Assembly (NCBI GenBank): GCA_012031475.1
Contig: JAAUTJ010000001.1
Location: 1 to 36,572, forward strand
From: Leptolyngbyaceae cyanobacterium SM1_3_5
GTDB lineage: Bacteria > Cyanobacteriota > Cyanobacteriia > Elainellales > Elainellaceae
Length of the DNA: 36,572 nt
Reading direction: 5' to 3'
Made by a program: the position numbers and the translations under genes. Numbering within the stretch: the first letter of the stretch is position 1; each line of letters starts with the position of its first letter. Shown piece by piece: positions 21,189-31,700 of the stretch. The notes under the pieces are model-generated. The model ran no database searches, was not told the origin of the DNA, and saw only the letters and a program-made list of their open reading frames with translations.

Positions 21189-21887
21189 ATGGATGCTCCT
21201 ACTTCAGTTCTTGTCAGTGAATCCTTGCTGGAAATTGATCATTTCTTTGTTTGTTTATCAGCCTCACTTCAGCCCAAAACTCTAGCGGACTTAGGATTAG
21301 TCTGCGCTCCTCAACCCGTACACCATCCGCGTCAGGGAACCACTTCAAACTTAATTTTCTTTGAGAACATCTACCTGGAACTGATTTGGATTGAAGACGA
21401 ATCCGCCGCAGAAATCTACGCAATGCAGTCGGGCATCGACTTCTTAGCGCGATCGCACTGGCAGCAAACCAAAGCGTCTCCATTCGGAATTGCTCTCCGT
21501 CAAAAAAATGAAGTACACCAACAGCATCAACTTCCAGATCAATCTGAAACATTTATCAATTTTGCCGCAGAAAATTTGTCAGCCCAAGCAGAACCCCTGT
21601 GCTTCGTCATTTCAGATGCCATTTCACTGACTCGCCTGCTCGATCGCACTTCCAGTTTTCACCAGCAATTGCTCAGGCATCCAATCGGCATTCAACAACT
21701 CACTGAAGCAAAAATCGCGATCGATTCTCTCAAGTCGCTGAGCGAGCCTGTTTCACTTCTCCAACGCGAAAATATTGCCTCGATTGATCGCGGAACGCCG
21801 CTATTAGAGCTAACGTTCGATCGAAGAATTCAAGGGCGCACCCTCGATCTTCGCTGGCTGAAAATTCCGCTCGTTTTGCACTATTAG
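21189..21887 (+). CDS. VOC/glyoxalase-like family protein
   Basis: LEIDHFFVC...HHPRQGTTSNLIFFENIYLELIW...SPFGIALR. Confidence 0.8.
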   Translation: MDAPTSVLVSESLLEIDHFFVCLSASLQPKTLADLGLVCAPQPVHHPRQGTTSNLIFFENIYLELIWIEDESAAEIYAMQSGIDFLARSHWQQTKASPFGIALRQKNEVHQQHQLPDQSETFINFAAENLSAQAEPLCFVISDAISLTRLLDRTSSFHQQLLRHPIGIQQLTEAKIAIDSLKSLSEPVSLLQRENIASIDRGTPLLELTFDRRIQGRTLDLRWLKIPLVLHY

Positions 21888-21894
21888 CGGTGCC

Positions 21895-23551
21895 ATGAAT
21901 TTCCTTTCTCAGTGGCGACGGTTCTGGCAAATTGCAAAACCCTACTGGACATCGACAGAGCGATCGAGCGCGATCGGACTGCTGCTTTTGCTGATATTTC
22001 TGTCCTTCTCCAGTAGTGCCTGCTTAGTTTGGGAAACGGTGCAGCGCGGCGAATTGCTGTCTGCTTTAGCTGCCCAAAATAGCGATCGATTCTACAGCGG
22101 ACTCTGGCAAATTCTCCTGGTCATTCTTCTAACCATCCCGCTGCTTTCTTTTCAAAAGCTATGTGCAGGATAAGCTGGGCTTGTACTGGCGAAAATGGCT
22201 GAGCGATCGCTTCATCGATCGATACTTCACGAATCAAAGTTTCTACCATATCAGCTTAAATTCTGAAATCGATAACCCTGATCAGCGCATCACGGAAGAT
22301 GTTCGCAACTTCACGCAGCAATCACTAAATTTTCTTGTCATTCTATCCGATTCAACCCTGCAACTCATCGGGTTTGTTAGCGTCCTTTGGGTCATTTCTA
22401 AGTCGCTAATGGCGGTTTTGCTCACCTATGCGCTCGCTGGATCGATCGTGACCATGCTAATCTTTGGGCGAGTCTTAATTGGCATCAACTTTGAACAGCT
22501 AAAACGTGAAGCCAATTTTCGCTATGGCCTGGTGAGAATTCGAGAGAATGCCGAATCGATCGCCTTTTATCAAGGTCAGCTTCAAGAATTCGGCCAGTCG
22601 CAGCAGCAGTTCTTATCTGCATTTCGCAACTTCCGCCGTTTGATTCGCTGGCAGTTCAATCTCACCATGTTTCAGAATGGCTACCAGTACATCACGTTTA
22701 TTTTGCCGTTCATTGTGTTAGCGCCGCGCATCTTCTCTGGTGAGCTAGAAGTTGGTACGGTTGCTCAGTCTCAAGCGGCATTCGAGCGCATTGGTTTGGC
22801 ATTAGGGATTGTCATTACCCAGTTTGACCAGCTTAGCGCGTTTGCTGCGAGTGTCGATCGCCTCTATGCCCTTAAAAACACAAATCCTTTAGTTTCTGAA
22901 ACTTCGATCGAAATTCTTCCAGCCAACTCACTTTCGATCGAAAATCTCAATCTCTACACGCCAAACTATCAAACTCAACTGATTCAAGATTTATCAATTG
23001 CGATCGATCAACCTTTACTGATTACAGGCGAAAGCGGTGTCGGAAAAAGCTCCTTAATGAAAGCGATCGCCGGATTGTGGAATTCTGGCACAGGTGCAAT
23101 TTTTCAACCGAATCGATCGCGCTTATTATTTCTCCCACAGCGTCCTTACATGATTTTAGGATCGCTGCGACAACAGCTTTTGTATCCCAACTTAAAAGAG
23201 ATCGCTGACGAGCAAATTTTGCGAATTTTAGAACGAGTTCAATTCAGAAAAACGATCGATCGATACGGCGGATTGGAGGCGATCGAAGATTGGTCTAAAG
23301 TGTTGTCGATCGGAGAACAACAGCGGCTTGCTTTTGCGCGGGTGCTTCTGAATCAGCCGCAGTATGCGCTGCTCGATGAAGCCACAAGCGCCCTTGATGA
23401 GTCATCTGAAGCTTATCTTTATCAGCAGCTAAGCGACAGCCAAATTATCTTTATCAGCGTGGGTCATCGTCCGGCTTTATTGCAGTATCATCAGCAAATC
23501 CTGAAGCTGCAAAGCGATCGCAACTGGCAGCTTACGACCTCATTCCGATGA
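21895..23551 (+). CDS. YddA/ABCD-like fused ABC half-transporter 1, frameshift at ~22155
   Basis: FWQIAKPYW, IDNPDQRITED, EANFRYGLVRIRENAESIAFY (EAA-like), GESGVGKSS, LSIGEQQRLAFAR and LDEATSALD. Confidence 0.9.
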
Positions 23552-25227
23552 CTTCCTACCGATTCGATCTTCAGCAGTTGCAGCAGTTTTGGCGAGTCGC
23601 AAAACCCTACTGGACTTCTTCAGAAAATGGGGCGCGATCGCGCTGCTGTTGCTGTTAATGCTGCTGTCCTTAATCAGTGCCGGATTATTAGTTTTAGTCA
23701 GCATTTTTTTGGGTGAAGTGACTTCTGCGCTGGCGGCTGAAGAGCGCGATCGATTCTCTCAATCTGTAATTGTTTTTATCGCCATTATTGTTTTAGGCGT
23801 ACCGCTCCTTTCGCTGAAAACCTATGTGCAGGCGAAGCTCAGCCTTTACTGGCGCAGATGGCTTACCGATCGATTCTTGCATCACTATTTGGAGCGCGAT
23901 CGCTTCTACCAAATTGGACTTATGGGGCAATCGATAATCCCGATCAGCGCATTTCTGAAGATGTTCGTGCTTTCACCCAGCAATCGCTATTTTTTGCGGT
24001 AATTTTGTTTGATTCAGTTCTACAGTTGATTGCATTTACTGGAGTGCTATGGTCGATTTCTAAACTGCTAATGAGCTTTCTGATCGCTTATGCGATCGCT
24101 GGAACTCTTATTACTGCAATCGTATTCGGTCGAATTTTAGTTGGTATTAATGTAGAACAACTGAAGCGCGAAGCTGATTTTCGTTTTAGTTTAGTTCGAG
24201 TGCGGGAGAATGCGGAGGCGATCGCTTTTACCAGGGACAAGCGCAAGAATCGCAGCAGATTTGGCAGCGATTTCTGTCGGCCTATCGGAACTTCAATCAT
24301 TTAATTCGCTGGCAGCTTGGACTCAATTTATTTCAAAATAGCTATCAGTACATTACGTTTCTATTGCCTGCTTTGATTTTAGCTCCGCGCATTCTGGCAG
24401 GCGAATTGGAAGTGGGAGTGGAAGCACAAGCAGGGACGGCATTTAGAATTATTCTGCTGGCTCTGGCGCTTGTAGTCAGGCAGTTTGAGCAGCTAACTTC
24501 GCTAGTGGCAAGTGTCGATCGTCTCGACGCACTTGCTAATTTTTCAACACCAATTCCACCCAATGCGCCTCAAATTGAAATTATCGAATCCGATCGCCTC
24601 ACACTGAATCATTTAACGCTCTACACGCCAAACTATCAAACCCGATTAATCTGTGATTTATCACTATTTATTTCGTCTGGAGAAGCGCTGCTGATTACGG
24701 GCGCAAGCGGCGTTGGAAAAAGTTCTTTGCTGAGGGCGATCGCGGGATTGTGGCAGTCTGGTTCTGGTCAAATTGCTCGACCTTCGCAGGGTGTTTTGTT
24801 TCTGCCCCAGCGTCCTTACTTGTGTTTGGGATCGCTGCGAGATCAAATCATTTATCCACACAGAAACCTGGAAGTTGATGATAAACCGCTATTGGAAATT
24901 CTCGATCGCGTCAACTTATCAAAGCTGGTCGATCGCTCTGGTGGATTAACAGCAATGCTCGATTGGTCGCAGGTGCTATCAGTGGGAGAACAACAGCGGC
25001 TTGCCTTTGCTCGGCTGCTGTTTGCTCAACCCAAATATGTAATGCTGGATGAGGCAACGAGCGGTTTGGACCTTGAGAATGAAAAGCGGCTTTATCAGCA
25101 GTTGCAGGCTAGTTCGATCGCCTACATCAGCGTTGCACATCGCTCCAGTCTACTGCAATATCACCAAAATGTTCTACAGCTTTTAGACGATCGAAACTGG
25201 CATTTGAGTAAAGCAGGAATTGAGTGA
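23548..25227 (+). CDS. YddA/ABCD-like fused ABC half-transporter 2, frameshifts at ~23625, ~23920 and ~24228
   Basis: ATGA overlap with the upstream stop; MTSYRFDLQQLQQFWRVAKPYW, IDNPDQRISED, RENAEAIAF, GASGVGKSS and LSVGEQQRLAFAR. Confidence 0.88.
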
Positions 25228-25330
25228 TATTCGATCGCGCAACTTCAGATCTTTTATTGATCAGATCTTTTGTTAGTTTAATCTTTTATCGAAATGACTG
25301 ATTTACGGCATGGAAAGAACTAGCTACGGA

Positions 25331-25350
25331 TCATAAGAATTTTCTCATGA
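25331..25350. promoter_or_regulatory. Near-perfect palindrome upstream of the OB-fold gene
   Basis: TCATAAGAA-TT-TTCTCATGA (9-2-9, one mismatch); TCAGATCTTTT direct repeats at ~25245 and 25261. Confidence 0.45.
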
Positions 25351-25417
25351 AAAAACTGAAATTTTCGCTAGCTTAATGAATAAAGATTGCTTTAAACCCC
25401 ATTAATTCAAGTTGAGT

Positions 25418-25788
25418 ATGAAACCAACCGTTTTGTTTGCGCTATTTTCTGCGGCAGCCGCGATCGGCATTTCTGCTGCACAAGCTCAAGTTCCGATTGG
25501 AGAACTTCAGCGTCAATCAGGTACTTCAATTTCTGGCGAAGTTCGCAGCGTGGTCGGCAATGAATTTATTCTCGATGACGGCACGGGACAAATTATTGTC
25601 GATGCTGGACCACGCTGGTATCACCAAATCAATGTGCAGTCTGCGATCGCGTCACGGTTGTGGGCGAATATGATGACGATGATTTTGACGCCTACACCAT
25701 CACTCGCAGCAATGGCGAGACCATTCAAATTCGTCAGGCAGGCGGGCCACCTCCTTGGGCGGGCGGTCCTGAGCGGATTCGGCGCTAG
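25418..25788 (+). CDS. Secreted OB-fold protein (YgiW/YdeI-like), frameshift at ~25642
   Basis: Signal peptide ending AQA; ISGEVRSVVGNEFILDDGTGQIIVDAGP; restored GDRVTVVGEYDDDDFDAYTITRSNG...GPPPWAGG. Confidence 0.8.
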
Positions 25789-25807
25789 CTGCTGGCGGTG
25801 TCACCTC

Positions 25808-27227
25808 TTACTCGGTTTCTTCTTCCGAAACTGCTGGCGGCGGATTGCTTTCCAAAGCAGGCTGTGTGGGTGCAGGTTGAGATTCACGGATAGGTAGTCG
25901 ATCGCGCCTTGGTTCTTGCTCTCGTGCAGGTTCTCGTACCGGACGAGGTTCTGGCCTTGCCTCTGGTACGGGCTGCGGCTCAGGTCTTGCTTGCGGCTCA
26001 GGCGTGGGTCGCGGCTCAGGTCTTGCTTGCGGCGGAGAAGGTTCTGGCGCGGGTGCAGGCGAATCGGGTTCGGGCTGTAACGGCTGCGATCGATCCGGCG
26101 TTTCTGGCTGCAACGTTTCTGGTGTTTCGAGTTCAGCCGCAGGGGTCTGAATCGGTTCGGACGGTGGCGTTTGGGCGGGTTCGGGCTGCGATCGCTCAAC
26201 GGCTTCAGGTTCCGCGGTTCAGGCCGCGATCGATCTCCTCTCTGGAAGGTGTGGGAGTCGGACGGGCGGCGGCGGGAGCCTGCGGAGTTGGAGCCGCGAA
26301 GCCGCTGGACGGAACGCGAACGGCGGTGCGATCGCCCCATTCCTGCGCCCGCTGATTCAGTTCCGAGTCGGAAACGGTCATGTAGACTTCGACGGGAACG
26401 TTGGACGCGCCGCCTTCGATCTCCTCAAATCGCCAGCGTTCCTGAACAGTAGCCAAAACCGCTGCATCCAGGGCACGATCGCCACTCGGCTGCACCAAGC
26501 GAACGCCCGTCACTCGTCCGCGTCGATCGACATCAACCGTCACTCGAACGCGCCCTTCAATTCCGGCTTGCAGTGCCGATCGAGGGTAGTCCGGTTCAGG
26601 GCAGCGGCGGCAGACGACTTGCAGCAGAGCCGGATCGACGGGGGGAGGGCGATCGACCACGACAGGCGAAGCGGAGGGAGGTGCTGGAGCAATAGCCTGC
26701 GGTTCTGGGGAAGGCGCAATGCTGCCGCCGGGAACGCCATCGGGAACGCCTTGGCGATCGCCGCCGCCCTCGCCGCGAATCGGGCTGTCGGACTGGTTGA
26801 GGCCGATGCCTTCTGAGAATCCTCCGGTTCCGGGTGCGAGTCCTGAGCCGACTAAGGGCGATTCGTTGACGGTGGCATCGGGCGAACCTTCGGGCGGCAA
26901 GGTGGTGGCTGGGGAGGCGATCGCTTCGGGGATCGGAGGTCTTGGTTCGGTCGGACGCTGGACGCGCTCCGGTTCGCGTGGCCTGGGTTCGCGTGGCCTG
27001 GGTTCGATAAGGCGATCGACGGGCGGCACAGCAGGCGGCGATGGTGAAGGCCGAGGCGGAACAACGGCGATTTCGATTTTTCTGGGCGGGCGGGCGGTTT
27101 CTCGGACGGGCAGCGCGACGATCAGGCCGTGCGTCAGCAGCGATCCGGCAAGGCTGATCCCCACAAATCGCCGCAGCGCTTTGGCCTCGCGTCTGCGCTG
27201 CTGGTCAGCCTCTTCTGAAAATCCCAT
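25808..27227 (-). CDS. tonB: TonB-family energy transducer with a long Pro/Glu C-terminal tail; frameshift(s) at ~26210-26245
   Basis: N-terminal TM helix with SLLTH, Pro-rich spacer, TonB_C PDYPRSALQAGIEGRVRVTVDVDRRG...SGDRALDAA; divergent from exbBD. Confidence 0.85.
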
Positions 27228-27470
27228 ACGCGACTGGCTGAGTTAATGGTGTATTAATTCACTATTGAGAAGATTTCTGCACAATTTTCTGCACAGTTCG
27301 CTCATGGTAGACTGCAAAAGCGATCGCTGTCAATTTCCACAATCTCAGTCGAAATTGTATCATTTCAACGCCCGTAAGTAAGCTACACTGAACGCTGGAG
27401 CGCGATCGCGCACTGGTTTGGCTTCTGACTTTTTGGGGTGCGATCGAACCGGGCTGTCGAATTTGCTAGT

Positions 27471-27485
27471 GCGAATCGTTTGCAT
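27471..27485. promoter_or_regulatory. Candidate Fur-like box before exbB; a second candidate lies at 27266-27281 before tonB
   Basis: TGCGAATCGTTTGCA imperfect 7-1-7 repeat about 30 bp upstream of the exbB ATG. Confidence 0.4.
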
Positions 27486-27515
27486 TTGTAATCGTTCTTC
27501 TTCTGTCTTTTGGAT

Positions 27516-28166
27516 ATGCGAATTTTAGAGACTCTGGCGGCTGGTGGAATTGTCATGGTTCCGCTGCTGGGCTTTTCGATCGGGGCGATCGGTCTGATTG
27601 CTGAACGCTTGGTGTTCTGGTCGCGGATCAATCGCCGTCAGCGGCAGGTGGCGATCGAGGTGCTGCGACTCTATCAGCAAGACCCAGATGCGGCAGTTGC
27701 AAAAATCAAGCAGAATTTGGATTTGCCAATTACGCGAATTTTCCTGGAAGCGCTGGCGATCGATCAGCTTTCTCCGACTGGATTTCAACTGGCACTAGAA
27801 GCCGCCACGCAAACCGAAATCCCTTTGTTAAAGCGATTTAACACTTTTTTTGAAATTGTCGTTACCGCTTCGCCGCTGCTAGGTTTGCTGGGGACAGTGT
27901 TGGGACTGATTCGATCGTTTGCCTCAGTAAATTTGGGCAACATCGCCGCACAGAATGCCGGAGATGTCACCAGCGGAATTAGCGAAGCGCTCGTCTCAAC
28001 CGCAGCTGGAATCATCGTTGCCGTGTTTACATTAGTGTTTGCGCGGACGTTTCGCGGCTTCTATCAGCGGCAGTTGACGTTAATTCGAGAATTCGGTTCG
28101 CAGTTGGAATTACTTTACCTGCACCGCTACGAAAACGGAGTGGAAAAACCTTATGCACGTCCCTGA
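27516..28166 (+). CDS. exbB: ExbB/MotA/TolQ proton channel
   Basis: GGIVMVPLL, SPLLGLLGTVLGLIRSF and GISEALVSTAAG. Confidence 0.93.
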   Translation: MRILETLAAGGIVMVPLLGFSIGAIGLIAERLVFWSRINRRQRQVAIEVLRLYQQDPDAAVAKIKQNLDLPITRIFLEALAIDQLSPTGFQLALEAATQTEIPLLKRFNTFFEIVVTASPLLGLLGTVLGLIRSFASVNLGNIAAQNAGDVTSGISEALVSTAAGIIVAVFTLVFARTFRGFYQRQLTLIREFGSQLELLYLHRYENGVEKPYARP

Positions 28167-28551
28167 AGATGATTCCGATGATTCTTTAGAAATTAACATC
28201 GTGCCAATGATCGATGTGGTTTTTGCGCTGCTCACTTTCTTTATCATGGCAAGTTTAAATTTGGCCGTTTCACAAAGCCTCAATGTCAATTTGCCCCAGG
28301 CGGATGCGGCAGGAACGCAAACCGAAAGCGACATTAATATCTCGATCGATCCCCAAGGCCAAATCGCGCTGAATCAGCAGCCGATCGCCATTGCCGATGT
28401 TCCCACTGCCGTCCAAGCGATCAAGGGAAACCGCCCGACCGCTTTTGTCGTGATCAGCGGTGATATTCAGGTGAACTATGGGCGCGTGGTGGAAGTGATG
28501 GATCGGCTGAGTGCGATCGAGGGTGTCCGCATTGGCGTGGCGACGCAGTAG
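28153..28551 (+). CDS. exbD: ExbD/TolR
   Basis: EINIVPMIDVVFALLTFFI and YGRVVEVMDRL. Confidence 0.93.
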   Translation: MHVPEDDSDDSLEINIVPMIDVVFALLTFFIMASLNLAVSQSLNVNLPQADAAGTQTESDINISIDPQGQIALNQQPIAIADVPTAVQAIKGNRPTAFVVISGDIQVNYGRVVEVMDRLSAIEGVRIGVATQ

Positions 28552-28564
28552 GACGGAAACAGCC

Positions 28565-28597
28565 AAAAAATGAGGGTCGATCGAATCGATCGACCCT
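28565..28597 (-). terminator. Intrinsic terminator between the convergent exbD and giant surface-protein genes
   Basis: Perfect AGGGTCGATCGA-A-TCGATCGACCCT followed on the minus strand by CATTTTTT. Confidence 0.75.
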
Positions 28598-28621
28598 TGG
28601 TGATGTGCAACCGCAAACTTT

Positions 28622-28649
28622 TGAACTGGGTCAGATGAACTGGGTCAGA
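28622..28649. repeat. 14-bp tandem duplication TGAACTGGGTCAGA, two copies
   Basis: Exact copies at 28622-28635 and 28636-28649. Confidence 0.9.
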
Positions 28650-28723
28650 ACAGCCCCCTTCTGTGCAAAGAAGGGGAACTGAATTTCAATCCCTTTGAGG
28701 AAGAGGGATTGGAGGAGCAGCGG

Positions 28724-31700
28724 TTAGGCTGCGCCGACTGCCAGATCGATCGTGTAGGCTCCAACATTGACGCCGCTGTTGGGTGCAATCTGGCCGGAAC
28801 CGCTGCCCGCCGTGAGCGGATCGTAGGTGCGGTTGTTAAGCTGGCTGACACCCACATAGAAGGTTCCGGCTGTTTCGGCAACGAACTCCAGGTAGGGATC
28901 GCGTCCAGAGACAAACAGTTCGTTCGGGGCGGGGGCGTTGTTGACGCGCAGCAGTTCCCGTCCGGTCGAGTCGAACAGGCGCAGTTCTGAGTCGAGCCGC
29001 TGCGGAACATTGAGTCCGGGGATGCTGTATTCTTGCGAATCCACATCGACCGTCAGCTTTTGACCCGTCAGCAAATCGACCTTGTAGAGATCGACATCTT
29101 CGGAAGCGTCGATTCCTCCACGAGCCGCGATCGCGCCAGTGATCGCCCTGGATTGTCCTGCCGCCAGCGGTACAGCGTTCGCCGTCAGCAGAGTATCGTT
29201 GCCTGCTGCGCCCGTGTCAACTTCCCGTGTGAGCGGGGGAGCATCAGCAGGCGAATCGTAGAGCGTGAAGCTGACCGTGTTGGCGATCGGGCTAAGCTCG
29301 AAGCCGGAAGGCGCTTGAAGGGTGAACGTCGCTGTTTCGATGCCTTCTGCGATGCCGTCGTTGAGGATCGGCAGGCTGAGGCTTCCCGTTTGTTCAGTGA
29401 GGTTGAACGTGAACGAGGTCAGCGCACCGCCGATCGAGCCAAAGAAATCACTGAGGCTGGACGAGGCGATCGTCACGGGCACTCCACCCGCAGGCGGCGG
29501 AGCGCTCAGGCTGAAGTTGAGCGCGGCGGTTGTGCCTGCCGACTCGACCAGCACGGCGGGCGATCCGGTGAAGCTGAGGCGCGGCTTGGAATCTGGCGTG
29601 TCTGCGATCGTAAAGCTGATCGAACTGGCAGCCGCATCGACGGTGTAGCCCGGAGCATCGACCAGGTTGAACGTGAAGCCTTCTACGCCTTCGGAAGCTT
29701 CTGCGGGCGTGAATTCCGGCAGCACGGATTCATCCAGCGCCTTGAACGTGATGCTGGCGTTGTTTGCAGAATCTTGAAGTAGAATCCGCTGGCATCGAAG
29801 TTGGCGGGTGGAAATTCGCCGCCCACGATCGTCGATCGAGTCAGGGCAAGTTCGCCCAGTGCTAAGCGAGTCGGACTGTCCACGTAGACCAGCAGACCAT
29901 CAGAGGGAATCACACCGTCAACGTTAAACGTCAGCGTGGTTTCGGTTCCCTGCGATTCGATCAAGGTGTTGTTGCTCAGGCTGAGGCCGACTTTGGGACC
30001 AGGTTCAACCACCGTTGCTTGAGCCTGCTCGATCGTGTCGTAGATGGTGACGCTTTCGGTTGCACTGCCGCCAATCCGGTAGTTGCGGCTGCCCAGCAGG
30101 GTGAAGTTCACCGTTTCTGGCCCGTCGGTTTCCGGGATCGGCTTGTTTTGCAGCACAAACGAGGCGTTGGCCTGCGGCTCGAAAATTTTGATCTTGAAGC
30201 CGATCAGCGTTCCGTCCGTGTCGTACAGCGATCCGGAGTTGTTTGCCCCGACCAGAATGACACGAGCATCCCGATTGAGGAATTCGCCAATGTCGGAATC
30301 GGCAGCGATCAGCACTTCCACGCCTTCGGGCGGAATTGTGCCCTGAGTCGCAAACGAGAAGGTCAACAGCGATTGACCACGTGCCGCGAGCGACTGCACC
30401 AGTTCCGGGACGACAATGTTGTCGAAGTTCGGGTTCGTGGCGATCGGCAACACACCGTCAAACGTGCCGACAACGGTTTCCATCGTGATCGTCGGGGCAG
30501 TGGCGATCGGGCGACCTGCGATCGGAATCACCGAAGCTTCCGGTGCGGCTGGATTCAGCTTGATTTCCAGCCCGTACTCGCCGCGTGTGCCACCGCTGCC
30601 GCTGGCAGGGCGATTCGGGTCGTAGTTGGTGTTGGGCGAACTGCTGACGGCCACGAAGTATTCTCCCGCCGTTTGCGCCGTGAAGCGCAAGAAGGAGTCG
30701 GTGGTGCGGAAGAAGACTTCATCCGGGGCGCTGCCGTTGTTGTTGGTCGCTAGCTGCTGACCATCGGCATCGAACAGGCGCAACACCGTATTGAAGCCCG
30801 TGTTGATGAAGTTGCCCAAGTCCACTGCTGTGGCATCCGTGTCAAAGGTGACAGTTTCGCCGCTTTCAGCGTGACCTTGTAGAAGTCCACATCTTCGGTT
30901 GCATCGACGCGGGTGAGGCTGCCGTCCGGGTTGCGGTAGGTGTTGGTTCCCTCATAGTCGATCGAACTGCGAACCGAGTAAACGTCATTCGTTGCGCTCA
31001 ATCGCGTATCGACGGCGCGGCTGATGATGTCGTTCGGTTCGCGCACGATGGTCGAAACCGGGATTTGGTCGGGCGCATCGACGATCGAAAACGTGCCTGT
31101 GTTGGCGGTCGGGCTGATCTGGTAGGTCGGCGCATCTTGCAGGGTGAAGGTGGCCGTTTCCAGACCTTCAGCTGTGCCATCGTTGGCAACCGGAAGATTG
31201 ATCGTGGCGGTTTTCGCCGTGATCTTGAAATCGAATCCGGTCGGCGTGACGCGGACAATTTCGCCGTTTTCGATCGCAATGCCGCTGAGGTCAAACTCCC
31301 CGATGTTCGGCGCAACGACCGAGACGACTAAGCCTCCTTCCGGCGGCTCGGTGCTGAGGCTGAAGCGGTGAATTGAAACGGTTTGGGCGGATTCGACCAA
31401 AATTGCAGGTTCAGTCGTGAGGCCGACCTGAATTTGCGATCCCGCATCGTCCACAATGCCGATCGAAACCGATCCGGCATCGGGTGCGATCGAATAGCCC
31501 GGAGCCGCTTGAATCGCAAAGCCAAAGTTTTCGATGCCTTCCTGCTCGCCATCGTTGAACGCTTTGAGCGCGATCGTGGCGGTTTGCTCGGTGACTTTGA
31601 AGAAGAAGCCATCGGCGCGGAAGTTCGGAGCCGGAAATGCGCCGCCTGAAACTTCGGCATTGAAAATGTCAAACTCGGCCAAATCGCGTCCGCCTGAAGT

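Noticed and set aside
27273-27295. TTTCTGCACA direct repeat as another GTGCAAA site
   Set aside because: Only imperfect half-sites in direct orientation; not the palindrome.
28654-28710. Two further hairpins (CCCCTTCT/AGAAGGGG and AATCCCT/AGGGATT)
   Set aside because: Probably 3' UTR stabilising stems of the giant gene; there is no evidence for a separate RNA gene.
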